Below are positions 8,382 through 17,067 of a DNA stretch of 18,506 nt, one piece after another; position 1 is the stretch's first letter, and every line of letters begins with the position of its first letter. The translations under genes were made by a program, and so were the position numbers. Where the stretch lies: the NCBI GenBank assembly GCA_016839705.1, contig JAEOTR010000077.1, positions 1 through 18,506 of the forward strand. Direction: 5' to 3'. Below the pieces are notes generated by a model. The model saw only the letters and a program-made list of their open reading frames with translations. It ran no database searches and was not told where the DNA came from. The stretch comes from Promethearchaeota archaeon (GTDB taxonomy: Archaea > Asgardarchaeota > Lokiarchaeia > Sigyniarchaeales > SOKP01).

Positions 8382-9740
8382 ATGGATCATAAATTTATTA
8401 ATCCAATAGAAACCAGGTATCGAACTGAGATTGCTAATTTATTTACTGAGGAAAAAAAGTTAGAATATTGGTTGAAAGTGGAAGCTGTTTTAGCACTGGT
8501 TCATGCCGATCTTGGAAATATTTCTAAAGAAGTTGCTGAGGAAATTAACAGAAAGGCTAATTTGAAATATGTTAAGTTAGAAAGAGTTAAAGAAATTGAT
8601 AGAGAAATCCATCATGATTTAATGGCAATGGTGAAAAGTTTAGCGGAACAATGTGAAAAAGATGCAGGCAAATTTGTACATTTAGGGGCTACAAGTTATG
8701 ATATTGAAGATACTGCTACTGCTTTGCAATTAAGAGAAGCATTAAAATATATTAAAACATCTTTATTGGAATTGTTGAATGTCTTAATAAAATTAACAGA
8801 AGAAAAAAAGAATTTAGTTTGTATCGGAAGAACTCATGGTCAACATGCAGTCCCAACGACATACGGAATGAGATTTGGTGTTTGGGCTTACGAGATTAGT
8901 AGACATATTGATAGATTGGCTGAAACTTTAGATCGTATATCTTATGGTAAAATGTCTGGTGCTGTTGGTACTATGGCAAGTTTTGGAGAGAAAGCAATTG
9001 AAATACAACGCAAAGTTATGAAAAAACTTGATTTGAATCCTGTTCTGATCGCAAACCAAGTAATTCAGAGAGATAGACATGCTGAAGTCATATTTTTAAC
9101 AACATTAATTGGACAATCTTTGGCGAAAATAGCTAGAGAAAATAGAATTCTCCAGAGAAATGAAATTGCAGAAATGTTTGAACCTTTTAAAAAGGCTCAA
9201 GTTGGTAGCTCAACCATGCCTCATAAACGAAATCCTCATAAATCAGAAAGAATATGTAGTTTAGCAAGAATAATTAAGTCAAATATCATTCCTGCGTTAG
9301 ATAATATTATACTAGAGGATGAAAGAGATATAACAAATTCGGCATCAGAAAGGGTTATTTTTGGGGAAAATTTTGTATTTCTGGATTATATGATCAAAGA
9401 ATTAACTTCAAATCTTAAAGGCATAGAATTCAATGAAAAGAAGATCGAAGAAAACCTTAATCTTACTAAAGGGGCATGCCTCAGTGAAAAAGTTATGGTT
9501 CAACTTGTTAAGAAGGGAATTGGAAGGCAAGAAGGACATGAACTTCTAAGACAAGCAGCTATATCAGCACGAAGAGAAGAGAGGTTTATGATAGATATTT
9601 TGTATGAAAATGTTAAAATAAAAAATTTGTTCTCAAAAGAAGAGTTAATAGAGTTATTTGATCCTAATAATTACGTGGGTAAAGCAATTGAACAGGTTGA
9701 AAATTTAGTTAATCATATTAAAACTAAATATAGTTGGTAG
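8382..9740 (+). CDS. purB: Adenylosuccinate lyase
   Basis: HHDLMA, HLGATSYD, GRTHGQHA, KMSGAVGT, QRDRHAE and the fumarase-family signature GSSTMPHKRNP. Confidence 0.96.
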   Translation: MDHKFINPIETRYRTEIANLFTEEKKLEYWLKVEAVLALVHADLGNISKEVAEEINRKANLKYVKLERVKEIDREIHHDLMAMVKSLAEQCEKDAGKFVHLGATSYDIEDTATALQLREALKYIKTSLLELLNVLIKLTEEKKNLVCIGRTHGQHAVPTTYGMRFGVWAYEISRHIDRLAETLDRISYGKMSGAVGTMASFGEKAIEIQRKVMKKLDLNPVLIANQVIQRDRHAEVIFLTTLIGQSLAKIARENRILQRNEIAEMFEPFKKAQVGSSTMPHKRNPHKSERICSLARIIKSNIIPALDNIILEDERDITNSASERVIFGENFVFLDYMIKELTSNLKGIEFNEKKIEENLNLTKGACLSEKVMVQLVKKGIGRQEGHELLRQAAISARREERFMIDILYENVKIKNLFSKEELIELFDPNNYVGKAIEQVENLVNHIKTKYSW

Positions 9741-9749
9741 CCTAATAAA

Positions 9750-10928
9750 ATGGCTAAAGAAAAGAATATCTATTCCAAACTCGGTGTTTCATCTAAAAAA
9801 GAAGATGTACACAAAGCTATTGAAAAATTAGATAAAGGTTTATTTCCGGGCTCATTTTGTAAGATAGTAGAAGACGTGACTGGTCGAAAGGATTATTGCT
9901 CAATTTCCCATGCGGATGGTGCGGGTACTAAATCAAGTTTAGCTTACATGTATTATAAAGAAACGGGAGATCTATCAATTTTTAAAAATGTTGTAAGGGA
10001 TGCGATAATCATGAATATTGATGATATCTTATGTGTGGGAGCAACGGGGAATATGTTTTTAGTCAATAACCTCGGAAGAAACAGTAATTATATATCCGGA
10101 GATATTGTTGCAACGATTATTGAAGAGTATAATGATTATAGCAAAAAGTTAACTGATCTTGGTTTAAATGTGATATTGTGTGGTGGAGAAACTGCAGATG
10201 TTGGTGATATAGTGAAGACTGTCCTTCTCGATGCATCAGTATTTACGTGTATGAAAAGGGAAAAGGTTATCAATAACGTTAACATTCAGGTTGGTGATGT
10301 AATTGTGGGGCTAGCAAGTTATGGGCAAGCATCTTATGAGGACGAGTTTAATAGTGGAATTGGTAGTAATGGACTCACACTAGCAAGACATGGTGTACTT
10401 TCTCATGAATATTATTCAAAATATCCTGAATGCTATGACCGAAATTTGGAGGATGAATTAGTTTTTTTTGGAAATTACAAATTAACAGATCGAATAAAGG
10501 GTTTTGATTTAACGATAGGGAAAGCTTTATTATCCCCAACTAGAACTTATGTCCCAATATTAGTTGAGGTGTTGAAAAAATTTCGGAAAAAGATTCATGG
10601 TCTCATACACTTAACAGGAGGGGGTCAAACAAAGAACTTGAATTATGGTAATAGTATTAATTATATCAAAAATAATCTATTTTCTCTACCAAAAATTTTT
10701 GAAGTAATTCAAAACTCATCAGAAACCAAGTGGAAAGACATGTATAGTGTATTCAATATGGGCCATAGAATGGAATTATATTGCGAAGAAGAGACAACAA
10801 GAGAAATTATAAAAATTGCTAAAAGATTTAATGTAGAGTCAAAAATTATTGGCCAATGTGAGAAATCCCCATCTAAGACAAATATAGTCGATATCCATTC
10901 TGAGTTTGGAGCTTATAAATATATTTAA
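9750..10928 (+). CDS. purM: Phosphoribosylformylglycinamidine cyclo-ligase (AIR synthetase), long Bacteroidota-like type
   Basis: DGAGTK, MNIDDILCVGA, GGETAD, GDVIVGLAS, SNGLTLAR, LLSPTRTY, HLTGGG and MYSVFNMG. It starts 9 bp after purB. Confidence 0.9.
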   Translation: MAKEKNIYSKLGVSSKKEDVHKAIEKLDKGLFPGSFCKIVEDVTGRKDYCSISHADGAGTKSSLAYMYYKETGDLSIFKNVVRDAIIMNIDDILCVGATGNMFLVNNLGRNSNYISGDIVATIIEEYNDYSKKLTDLGLNVILCGGETADVGDIVKTVLLDASVFTCMKREKVINNVNIQVGDVIVGLASYGQASYEDEFNSGIGSNGLTLARHGVLSHEYYSKYPECYDRNLEDELVFFGNYKLTDRIKGFDLTIGKALLSPTRTYVPILVEVLKKFRKKIHGLIHLTGGGQTKNLNYGNSINYIKNNLFSLPKIFEVIQNSSETKWKDMYSVFNMGHRMELYCEEETTREIIKIAKRFNVESKIIGQCEKSPSKTNIVDIHSEFGAYKYI

Positions 10929-10939
10929 ACCTTCTAAAA

Positions 10940-11890
10940 ATGTCTCAAATCTTTGATGTAATTTGTATAGGGGCCGCCCTTGTTGATATTGTGGCTCAAG
11001 TTGAGAGACATCCAGAAGACGATGACGAAGTTTTTGTTGCTAAGTTAGAGTTGTTATCCGGAGGTGCTGCTGCCAACACCGCATATGCGTGCGCGAAATT
11101 AGAATTAAAGACTGCTTTTATTGGAAAAATAGGTAGAAATGACACTTTTGGAACTAAAATAATCAATGACTTCAATGAAGTTAATGTAAATACCGATTTT
11201 CTAAGATATTCAGATGATAATACCACTGGATCTGCATATGTAGCACTAAATAGAGAAGGAGATCGAAGAATATATGCTCACAGTGGAGCGGCAAATTATC
11301 TTTCAAAAGAAGACATTAATGAATATGAACTATCTTCGGCAAAAATCCTTTTTTTAAGCAGTTTAAAAAATTTAGAACCTTTTCTGCGAGCTGCAGAAAT
11401 CGGAAAAAGAAAGAATATACCTGTGGTTTTGAATCCTGGGATGTTGATAATTGAACAAGGTTTTACGAAGATAAGAGAACTATTAGAAAAGATTAACATT
11501 CTAATCATTTCCCAAAGAGAATTCCAAGTTCTCTTTTCTCTCACGGAAAAAGAATTCAATCATAATATTACTATGGAAAAAACTGAAAAATTTTTTTCCA
11601 TGGGAATAGACGTTCTTGTCATTACTTTAGGTAAAATGGGAGCGTTATTAGCTACACCAAGTTTTTCGGAGTTGATTCCCCCCTTTAAAATAGATAAAGT
11701 TGTTGATACCACTGGAGCGGGAGATGCTTTTTCAGCTGGTTTTATATACGGATTATGCCATAATTCTAGCTTTGAATTCGAAAATCTCAGAAGAAGTGTT
11801 AAGATAGGAAATTTTATAGCTGGTAAGTGTATTGAAAATTTGGGAGCAAGAAATGGGATTCCTGAAGTGGGAGACATTAAATTAATATAA
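10940..11890 (+). CDS. PfkB/ribokinase-family carbohydrate or nucleoside kinase
   Basis: GGAAANTA..CAKL...FIGKIGRNDTFG (PfkB signature 1) and VDTTGAGDAFSAGFI (signature 2). It starts 11 bp after purM. Confidence 0.92.
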   Translation: MSQIFDVICIGAALVDIVAQVERHPEDDDEVFVAKLELLSGGAAANTAYACAKLELKTAFIGKIGRNDTFGTKIINDFNEVNVNTDFLRYSDDNTTGSAYVALNREGDRRIYAHSGAANYLSKEDINEYELSSAKILFLSSLKNLEPFLRAAEIGKRKNIPVVLNPGMLIIEQGFTKIRELLEKINILIISQREFQVLFSLTEKEFNHNITMEKTEKFFSMGIDVLVITLGKMGALLATPSFSELIPPFKIDKVVDTTGAGDAFSAGFIYGLCHNSSFEFENLRRSVKIGNFIAGKCIENLGARNGIPEVGDIKLI

Positions 11891-11962
11891 TTAATGTGTG
11901 TAATCAAAAAGTTTTTAATTTTTCAATTCAATAATTTTTTATCAAATTTTGAGTGATTAGAT

Positions 11963-13042
11963 ATGGTTTTTTCTACACAGAAGAAAAGAATCGCGAAAGT
12001 TAGATTTACATTTTTTCTTTATGAAGTTGCACTTGTATTTGTTTTTCTATTTATCCTCCTTATTATACCGGTGTTTTTAATTCCACTCATTGCTAAGGAA
12101 GGAAGCACCCTTTACGGTATCTTATTTTATCTAATAAGAGCAATAATCGTATTTTTAGGTATACCGCTTATTTTATATTTAACCAATCTTTTATTCGAAT
12201 CTCAAAAAAATATCATCCTTGATGAGGATATCTCTCCTGCAACAGGTCATCTAAAGTTATATAAGATGACTAAAAAGAATTACAAATTCCAGATTTTATA
12301 TGGATTCCTCATCTTTTTTGTAATTTTCTTACCTATAGATTTTTTCACTTATCTAATTCCAGAATCTATTACTTTTCAAGCATTTGTACTATTAAAAAAT
12401 ACAAATTTTTATCTACTAACTGATAATTATTTAATATTCTTAATATCTGCAATCATTATACAGTTTTCAGTAGCTTTAACAGAAGAAACAGTTTCTCGAG
12501 GTTTTTTCGCTAAAAGGGGAAGTGAATACTTTTTCACAATGTCTGCGGTGATAATATCATCTCTTTATTTTGGATTAGGTCACTTAGCGTATCTTCTTGA
12601 ATATATTTCCTGGTATCCAGTTATTTTGTTTGTGGAAACCTTTATAATTGGGATAATCTTGGCTCTTTTTGTATTACGAAAAAAGTGGATTCTTCCGGTT
12701 ATCATAGCACATGCATTAAATAACATAGTTTCTGCTCACACTATATGGAGTTTTTGGCAGGGAATTAGTTTTCAAATAATGATTTTCTTTGTTTACGTTC
12801 CTCTATTTATAATTGGTGTATTATTTGTTTTTGTTTGTTTAATATTGGTGTGGGATATCTCTAGTTTAAAGGAAGGACTTTCAAATGGATTTTCTACGTT
12901 TAAAACGTATTTTAAGCGAGATTCTAAAGAAAATGAAAGAGATTCTAACGAAATTACAAAAGGAGATACATTTTTCCGTGTCTTTATCGACATTATAATT
13001 GGACTTTTAATTTTTCTTATGGGTATGCTGATTGCGATTTAA
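11963..13042 (+). CDS. CPBP family (Rce1/Abi-like) intramembrane glutamic endopeptidase
   Basis: Multiple TM segments with the CPBP motifs EETVSRG (EExxxR), FGLGH (FxxxH) and AHALNN (HxxxN). Confidence 0.88.
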   Translation: MVFSTQKKRIAKVRFTFFLYEVALVFVFLFILLIIPVFLIPLIAKEGSTLYGILFYLIRAIIVFLGIPLILYLTNLLFESQKNIILDEDISPATGHLKLYKMTKKNYKFQILYGFLIFFVIFLPIDFFTYLIPESITFQAFVLLKNTNFYLLTDNYLIFLISAIIIQFSVALTEETVSRGFFAKRGSEYFFTMSAVIISSLYFGLGHLAYLLEYISWYPVILFVETFIIGIILALFVLRKKWILPVIIAHALNNIVSAHTIWSFWQGISFQIMIFFVYVPLFIIGVLFVFVCLILVWDISSLKEGLSNGFSTFKTYFKRDSKENERDSNEITKGDTFFRVFIDIIIGLLIFLMGMLIAI

Positions 13043-13057
13043 TGGAGCGTTGATCAT

Positions 13058-13576
13058 ATGAAGTTTGGGATAATTTCTGATACTCATATAACTTCTAATA
13101 CTAGTACAGACCAAATTAAGGTTCTATTTGAACAATTAAAACGTGCTTTCAAAGACGTCGATAAAATTATTCATGCGGGAGATGTTAGTGACGAGTTTTT
13201 TTTAAATAGGTTAAATAATTTAGCTCCTATTACGTGTGTTAGAGGAAATGTAGATAATATTGAAAACTTAGAACAGTTCATAAAATTTTCTTATGGCCGT
13301 TATAATATCGGAGTAATTCATTTACTACCCGAGAATCTTGAAGAATTCATGAAAGAATATGAATTACACATCATTATTTTTGGGCATACCCATATCCCAC
13401 TAATAAAAGGAACAAAATTCAATACTTTACTCTTAAACCCGGGTTCCCCTACTGTACCAAAAACCCCACCCCAAAAACCAGGATTTCTTAAACCGGTGGC
13501 AAGACCTAGCGTTATAACTTTGAATATTGATGAAAATGATGTATTGTCTACATTTATTATAACATTGAAAATTTGA
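13058..13576 (+). CDS. Metallophosphoesterase, YfcE/MJ0936/Vps29 family
   Basis: ISDTH, IHAGD, VRGNVD, GVIH, FGHTH.P and LNPGS motifs in a 172-aa protein. It starts 15 bp after the CPBP gene. Confidence 0.9.
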   Translation: MKFGIISDTHITSNTSTDQIKVLFEQLKRAFKDVDKIIHAGDVSDEFFLNRLNNLAPITCVRGNVDNIENLEQFIKFSYGRYNIGVIHLLPENLEEFMKEYELHIIIFGHTHIPLIKGTKFNTLLLNPGSPTVPKTPPQKPGFLKPVARPSVITLNIDENDVLSTFIITLKI

Positions 13577-13751
13577 GATGGGATAAACCTATTCCTAAGT
13601 AGAATTTTTGAATACTCTTCTGTTTTCATATTCCACATCAAATAATTTTAAATAGGATTTAACTCATATTATTTATACTAAGAAAGTTTGTACTGAAGAA
13701 ATACATTTATTTCATTCTAAAAAGTAATGAAAAAAACTAAAAAAATCACGA

Positions 13752-14159
13752 TTGTGCGTTAAATTGGTTGGTAGACTCGATCTAGTACTTAAAGAACTTA
13801 ATGACAATGGTAATTTCCGAGCATCATTATTCGCTACTTCAGCAGGTCTTGTTTTAGCATCCCAAAAAGAAGAAGATATAGATGAACGTGCAGTAGCTGC
13901 CATGGGCTCTTTATTAAGTGATACCGCTTATAAAGCCTCTGAAGAAATTGGTTTATCAGATGTAATGAGTATGAAGATAAAATATAAAGAAGATTTCATT
14001 ATAATGAGAAATATAATTATAAATAAAACTACTGAATTTCTTTTAGCTGTCCTCACAAAATTACCAGAATCAGAAGAAATTGAAAAATATACTGATCAAC
14101 TTCTAGATTGGGCGGAAGAAAATAGTAGAGCAGATTTAGAAAAATTATCTACACTTTAA
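13752..14159 (+). CDS. Roadblock/LC7 (LAMTOR/MglB-like) domain protein
   Basis: Roadblock pattern: helix (LDLVLKEL), ASLFATSAGLVLAS hairpin, DERAVAAMGSLL...ASEEIG helix, beta strands, FLLAVLT, terminal helix. The start may be TTG 13764. Confidence 0.8.
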   Translation: MCVKLVGRLDLVLKELNDNGNFRASLFATSAGLVLASQKEEDIDERAVAAMGSLLSDTAYKASEEIGLSDVMSMKIKYKEDFIIMRNIIINKTTEFLLAVLTKLPESEEIEKYTDQLLDWAEENSRADLEKLSTL

Positions 14160-14201
14160 TGTTATTCCATACCTATTTTTATTTTTTAAAACAAAATTCT
14201 T

Positions 14202-14837
14202 TTAAAAATTTCTTAGAAATTCTAAAACCCCATTGACTATTTGTTCTTCATAACCGATGTAAAAGTGGTCTGCGCCATCAATTATCTTACTTTTCTTTGG
14301 ATCTAAATAATATTTGAAATTATCATCAAAAAGTTGAAATTTTGCTGTCATATCTCTATTACCTTGAATGAATAACTTTGGTTTGGAGCTTTGAGACATT
14401 TCCTTGTATTTCAATCCCATGAAACCCCATGGATAAGATATGGAAATATAACCAATAATTTTTTCTGAATGGTTTACGGCTGAACATCCCACAGCTGCTC
14501 CATACGAATAACCGCATAAAATCATTTTCTGAAAAGATCTCACGTTTATTAAGAAATCGATACAAGCTTTAACATCACTTAATTCACCTGTTCCATCTGA
14601 ATGAGTCCCAGTAGATCTTCCAACTCCTCTAAAATTAAATCTTAAACATGGAATATTATTTTTGATTAAAGCGTTAAACACACCTGAAACGACATTATTA
14701 AACATATTTCCCCCATACTGGGGATGAGGGTGACAAATCAAAACTACTGGGTTTTCCATATTTGTAATTGATTGAAAGAGTTCGGCTTCCAGTTTAACTT
14801 CATTATTGGGAATGAATATTTGTTCAATATCAACCAT
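14202..14837 (-). CDS. Alpha/beta-fold hydrolase
   Basis: HPHPQYGGNM.N, LRFNFRGVG.S.G, nucleophile elbow GYSYG, QGNRD (Asp) and GADHFY (His). Confidence 0.9.
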   Translation of the reverse strand: MVDIEQIFIPNNEVKLEAELFQSITNMENPVVLICHPHPQYGGNMFNNVVSGVFNALIKNNIPCLRFNFRGVGRSTGTHSDGTGELSDVKACIDFLINVRSFQKMILCGYSYGAAVGCSAVNHSEKIIGYISISYPWGFMGLKYKEMSQSSKPKLFIQGNRDMTAKFQLFDDNFKYYLDPKKSKIIDGADHFYIGYEEQIVNGVLEFLRNF

Positions 14838-14892
14838 AGTTTTATTTAATTTTTAACTTATAATAATTATACCATAAAATATTGTGCGAAAT

Positions 14893-15750
14893 ATGAGTTA
14901 TTATAATAGATTTATCATTCAAAGAAAACTTAAAGGATTTATTGAAGAAGATTGCAATTTTGCAGACATTTCTTCGAGATCAATTCCTTTTAATACTGAA
15001 GTAACAGCAAAAATCTTTGCCAAAAGTGCAGGCTATGTTTCAGGCTTAGAAGAATTAAAATTAGTTTTTGAGATGTTAGATGTCTCCACAGAATTAAAAA
15101 AACATGATGGTAATACTTTTCAAAAAGGAGATATTATTGCTACATTAAAAGGAAATGCTAAAAATATATTATTAGGAGAGAGAGTATGCCTTAACCTCAT
15201 AACACATATGAGTGCGATAACTTCAACAACAAGAAAATTCGTGGAATTAATTGAACATACAGGTAAAAAGGTCAAGATTGCTTGTACACGCAAAACCACT
15301 CCAGGATTAAGGATATTTGAGAAAAAGGCTGTAGAATTAGGTCATGGTGACCCACACAGATTTTCATTAGATGATATGGTTTTATTAAAAGATACTCATC
15401 TTCGATATTATAAAGGAGATGTTGAAAATCTTCTTGCTGATATGAAGAAAAAAGTCAGTTTTTCAAAGAAAATTGAAATAGAAGTAGAAAAAGTTGAGGA
15501 TGTTTTAATTGCTGCAAAAAATGGAGCAGATATCGTAATGCTGGATAATTTTAGTCCTGATGAGGTTGAAGATTGTATCAATTTATTAAAAAAACATAAT
15601 CTCAGAGATAAAGTAATAATTGAGGTTTCTGGGGGTATAAACTTAGAGAATATAATAGATTTTTTAATCTCAGAACCCGATGTGATAAGCTCTGGTCAAT
15701 TAACTCAGTTTCCCTCAGAACAAGTTGATTTTTCTCTTCGATTTGATTAA
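14893..15750 (+). CDS. nadC: Nicotinate-nucleotide pyrophosphorylase (quinolinate phosphoribosyltransferase)
   Basis: ILLGERVCLN, ACTRKTTPGLR.FEKKAV, HRFSLDD.VLLKDTH, IEIEVE, GADIVMLDN and EVSGGI. ATG 14893 is preferred over GTG 14884. Confidence 0.92.
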   Translation: MSYYNRFIIQRKLKGFIEEDCNFADISSRSIPFNTEVTAKIFAKSAGYVSGLEELKLVFEMLDVSTELKKHDGNTFQKGDIIATLKGNAKNILLGERVCLNLITHMSAITSTTRKFVELIEHTGKKVKIACTRKTTPGLRIFEKKAVELGHGDPHRFSLDDMVLLKDTHLRYYKGDVENLLADMKKKVSFSKKIEIEVEKVEDVLIAAKNGADIVMLDNFSPDEVEDCINLLKKHNLRDKVIIEVSGGINLENIIDFLISEPDVISSGQLTQFPSEQVDFSLRFD

Positions 15751-15756
15751 AAATTA

Positions 15757-16149
15757 TTAATCAATTACTAGCTCACGAACAGAACAAATTACATCTTTAA
15801 TTTTAGCTAACTCTTTATAAAGATCCCTGATTGTTTCAATTTCCCCAACTAATAAAACAACTTCAATCTTTTTTTCTGCTATGCGCCAATCTGTTATAGT
15901 TTTAATGATTCGATGGAATCGGGAATAGGTATCAGAGATTTGATCAATGGTTATATCCTTAAAAGGATAGACAAGATTTATTGTCATTATTTTATATCCT
16001 TCTAAAGTTTCAAATTTCTCATTTCCTTCTATAAAACTTACAATAGCGTCCCTTAATGCTTCACTCTTTGAGCTGAAACCTCTCAAGTTACGGACATTTT
16101 CAAACCTCTCTAGTAAATCATCACTAATTTGTAGAGATATTATTGGCAT
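15757..16149 (-). CDS. CopG/NikR-like ribbon-helix-helix regulator with C-terminal ACT-like domain
   Basis: MPIISLQISDDLLERFE...RGFSSKSEALRDAI is an RHH domain. The length and the C-terminal pattern (TINLVY...IEVVLLVGE...L..IKDV) match NikR, but the Ni ligands are absent. Confidence 0.82.
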   Translation of the reverse strand: MPIISLQISDDLLERFENVRNLRGFSSKSEALRDAIVSFIEGNEKFETLEGYKIMTINLVYPFKDITIDQISDTYSRFHRIIKTITDWRIAEKKIEVVLLVGEIETIRDLYKELAKIKDVICSVRELVID

Positions 16150-16217
16150 TATAAAATCATGTAAGTATTCTAATAAAATAAATTTATACCATTTATTATG
16201 ACCAATCCCCCTAATTA

Positions 16218-17054
16218 TTAGAAAAATCTATTGAGAAATTTAATACTTTGAGCTAAATCCTTAGCCGTAGACAATTCAATGATTAACGATCCTTTATAAC
16301 TGTATGATTGAATTACCTCAAAAATTTCAGGAAAATTTACTTTTCCCGTCCCAAGGGGAGGATGTTTATCTGAAATCTTACTGGCGTTATCTACTATATG
16401 TACGTTTTTTATTTTTTTATGAAATTTTTCCCAAAGGATCCTTACATCTCCATCACATGTGAAAAAATGGCTAGTATCATATGTGAAAAAAACATCAGAT
16501 CTATTTATTTTTAGAAAGGTATCTTCAATATCATTTTCATCTAACATAATTAAGCAATTTTGCGGCATATTCTCCAAGCAAATACTGATCTGAAGGTCTT
16601 TAACAGTATCTAGTAATTTATACATTGAATGTGCTAATTGTACTTTATTATAGTCTCTAATTGAGTTGATTAAAAAATTTCCTAATCCAGGATGAATCGT
16701 AAGTAAGTTAGCATCAATTTTATTACAAAATTGGGCTGCATCAGAAGAGGCATCTACTGAAGCGCTAGATATTACTATATTATGTGTGCATAAATTCACA
16801 TCGATGAATGGTCCGTGAACTTGTTTGTTTAAAGAATAGGAATTAACTAGATCTATGAATTCATGCAATCTTTCATTATATAAAACTTCTGGGGGTTCTA
16901 GGACTAATTCTACAGTTTTTATGTTATTAATTTCTGCAAAATTGAGACAATCAACTGATGCTTTATATACCAAATCTGTTAAACTCTCATACTTTTGAGA
17001 TAATCCATATTCTATTATATAGCCTAAGACACTAATACCTAATTCCATTTCCAT
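16218..17054 (-). CDS. Sugar-phosphate isomerase/epimerase, xylose-isomerase-like (AP endonuclease 2) TIM barrel
   Basis: VHGPFIDVNL, TIHPG, CLENMP, YDTSH, VHIVDN, DKHPPLGTG.V.F and LIIE motifs. The probable start is ATG 17054 or 17048 rather than 17102. Confidence 0.85.
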   Translation of the reverse strand: MEMELGISVLGYIIEYGLSQKYESLTDLVYKASVDCLNFAEINNIKTVELVLEPPEVLYNERLHEFIDLVNSYSLNKQVHGPFIDVNLCTHNIVISSASVDASSDAAQFCNKIDANLLTIHPGLGNFLINSIRDYNKVQLAHSMYKLLDTVKDLQISICLENMPQNCLIMLDENDIEDTFLKINRSDVFFTYDTSHFFTCDGDVRILWEKFHKKIKNVHIVDNASKISDKHPPLGTGKVNFPEIFEVIQSYSYKGSLIIELSTAKDLAQSIKFLNRFF

Positions 17055-17067
17055 TACTTCCTTGCAC

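Noticed and set aside
11963-13042. Abortive-infection defence system suggested by the 'Abi' family name
   Set aside because: The CPBP 'Abi' label is historical and does not imply anti-phage function. The context is housekeeping, with no other defence genes.
10996-13903. Minus-strand short ORFs 10996-11226, 11296-11559, 11560-11907, 12793-12993, 13318-13641 and 13712-13903
   Set aside because: They are antisense shadows of confident plus-strand genes.
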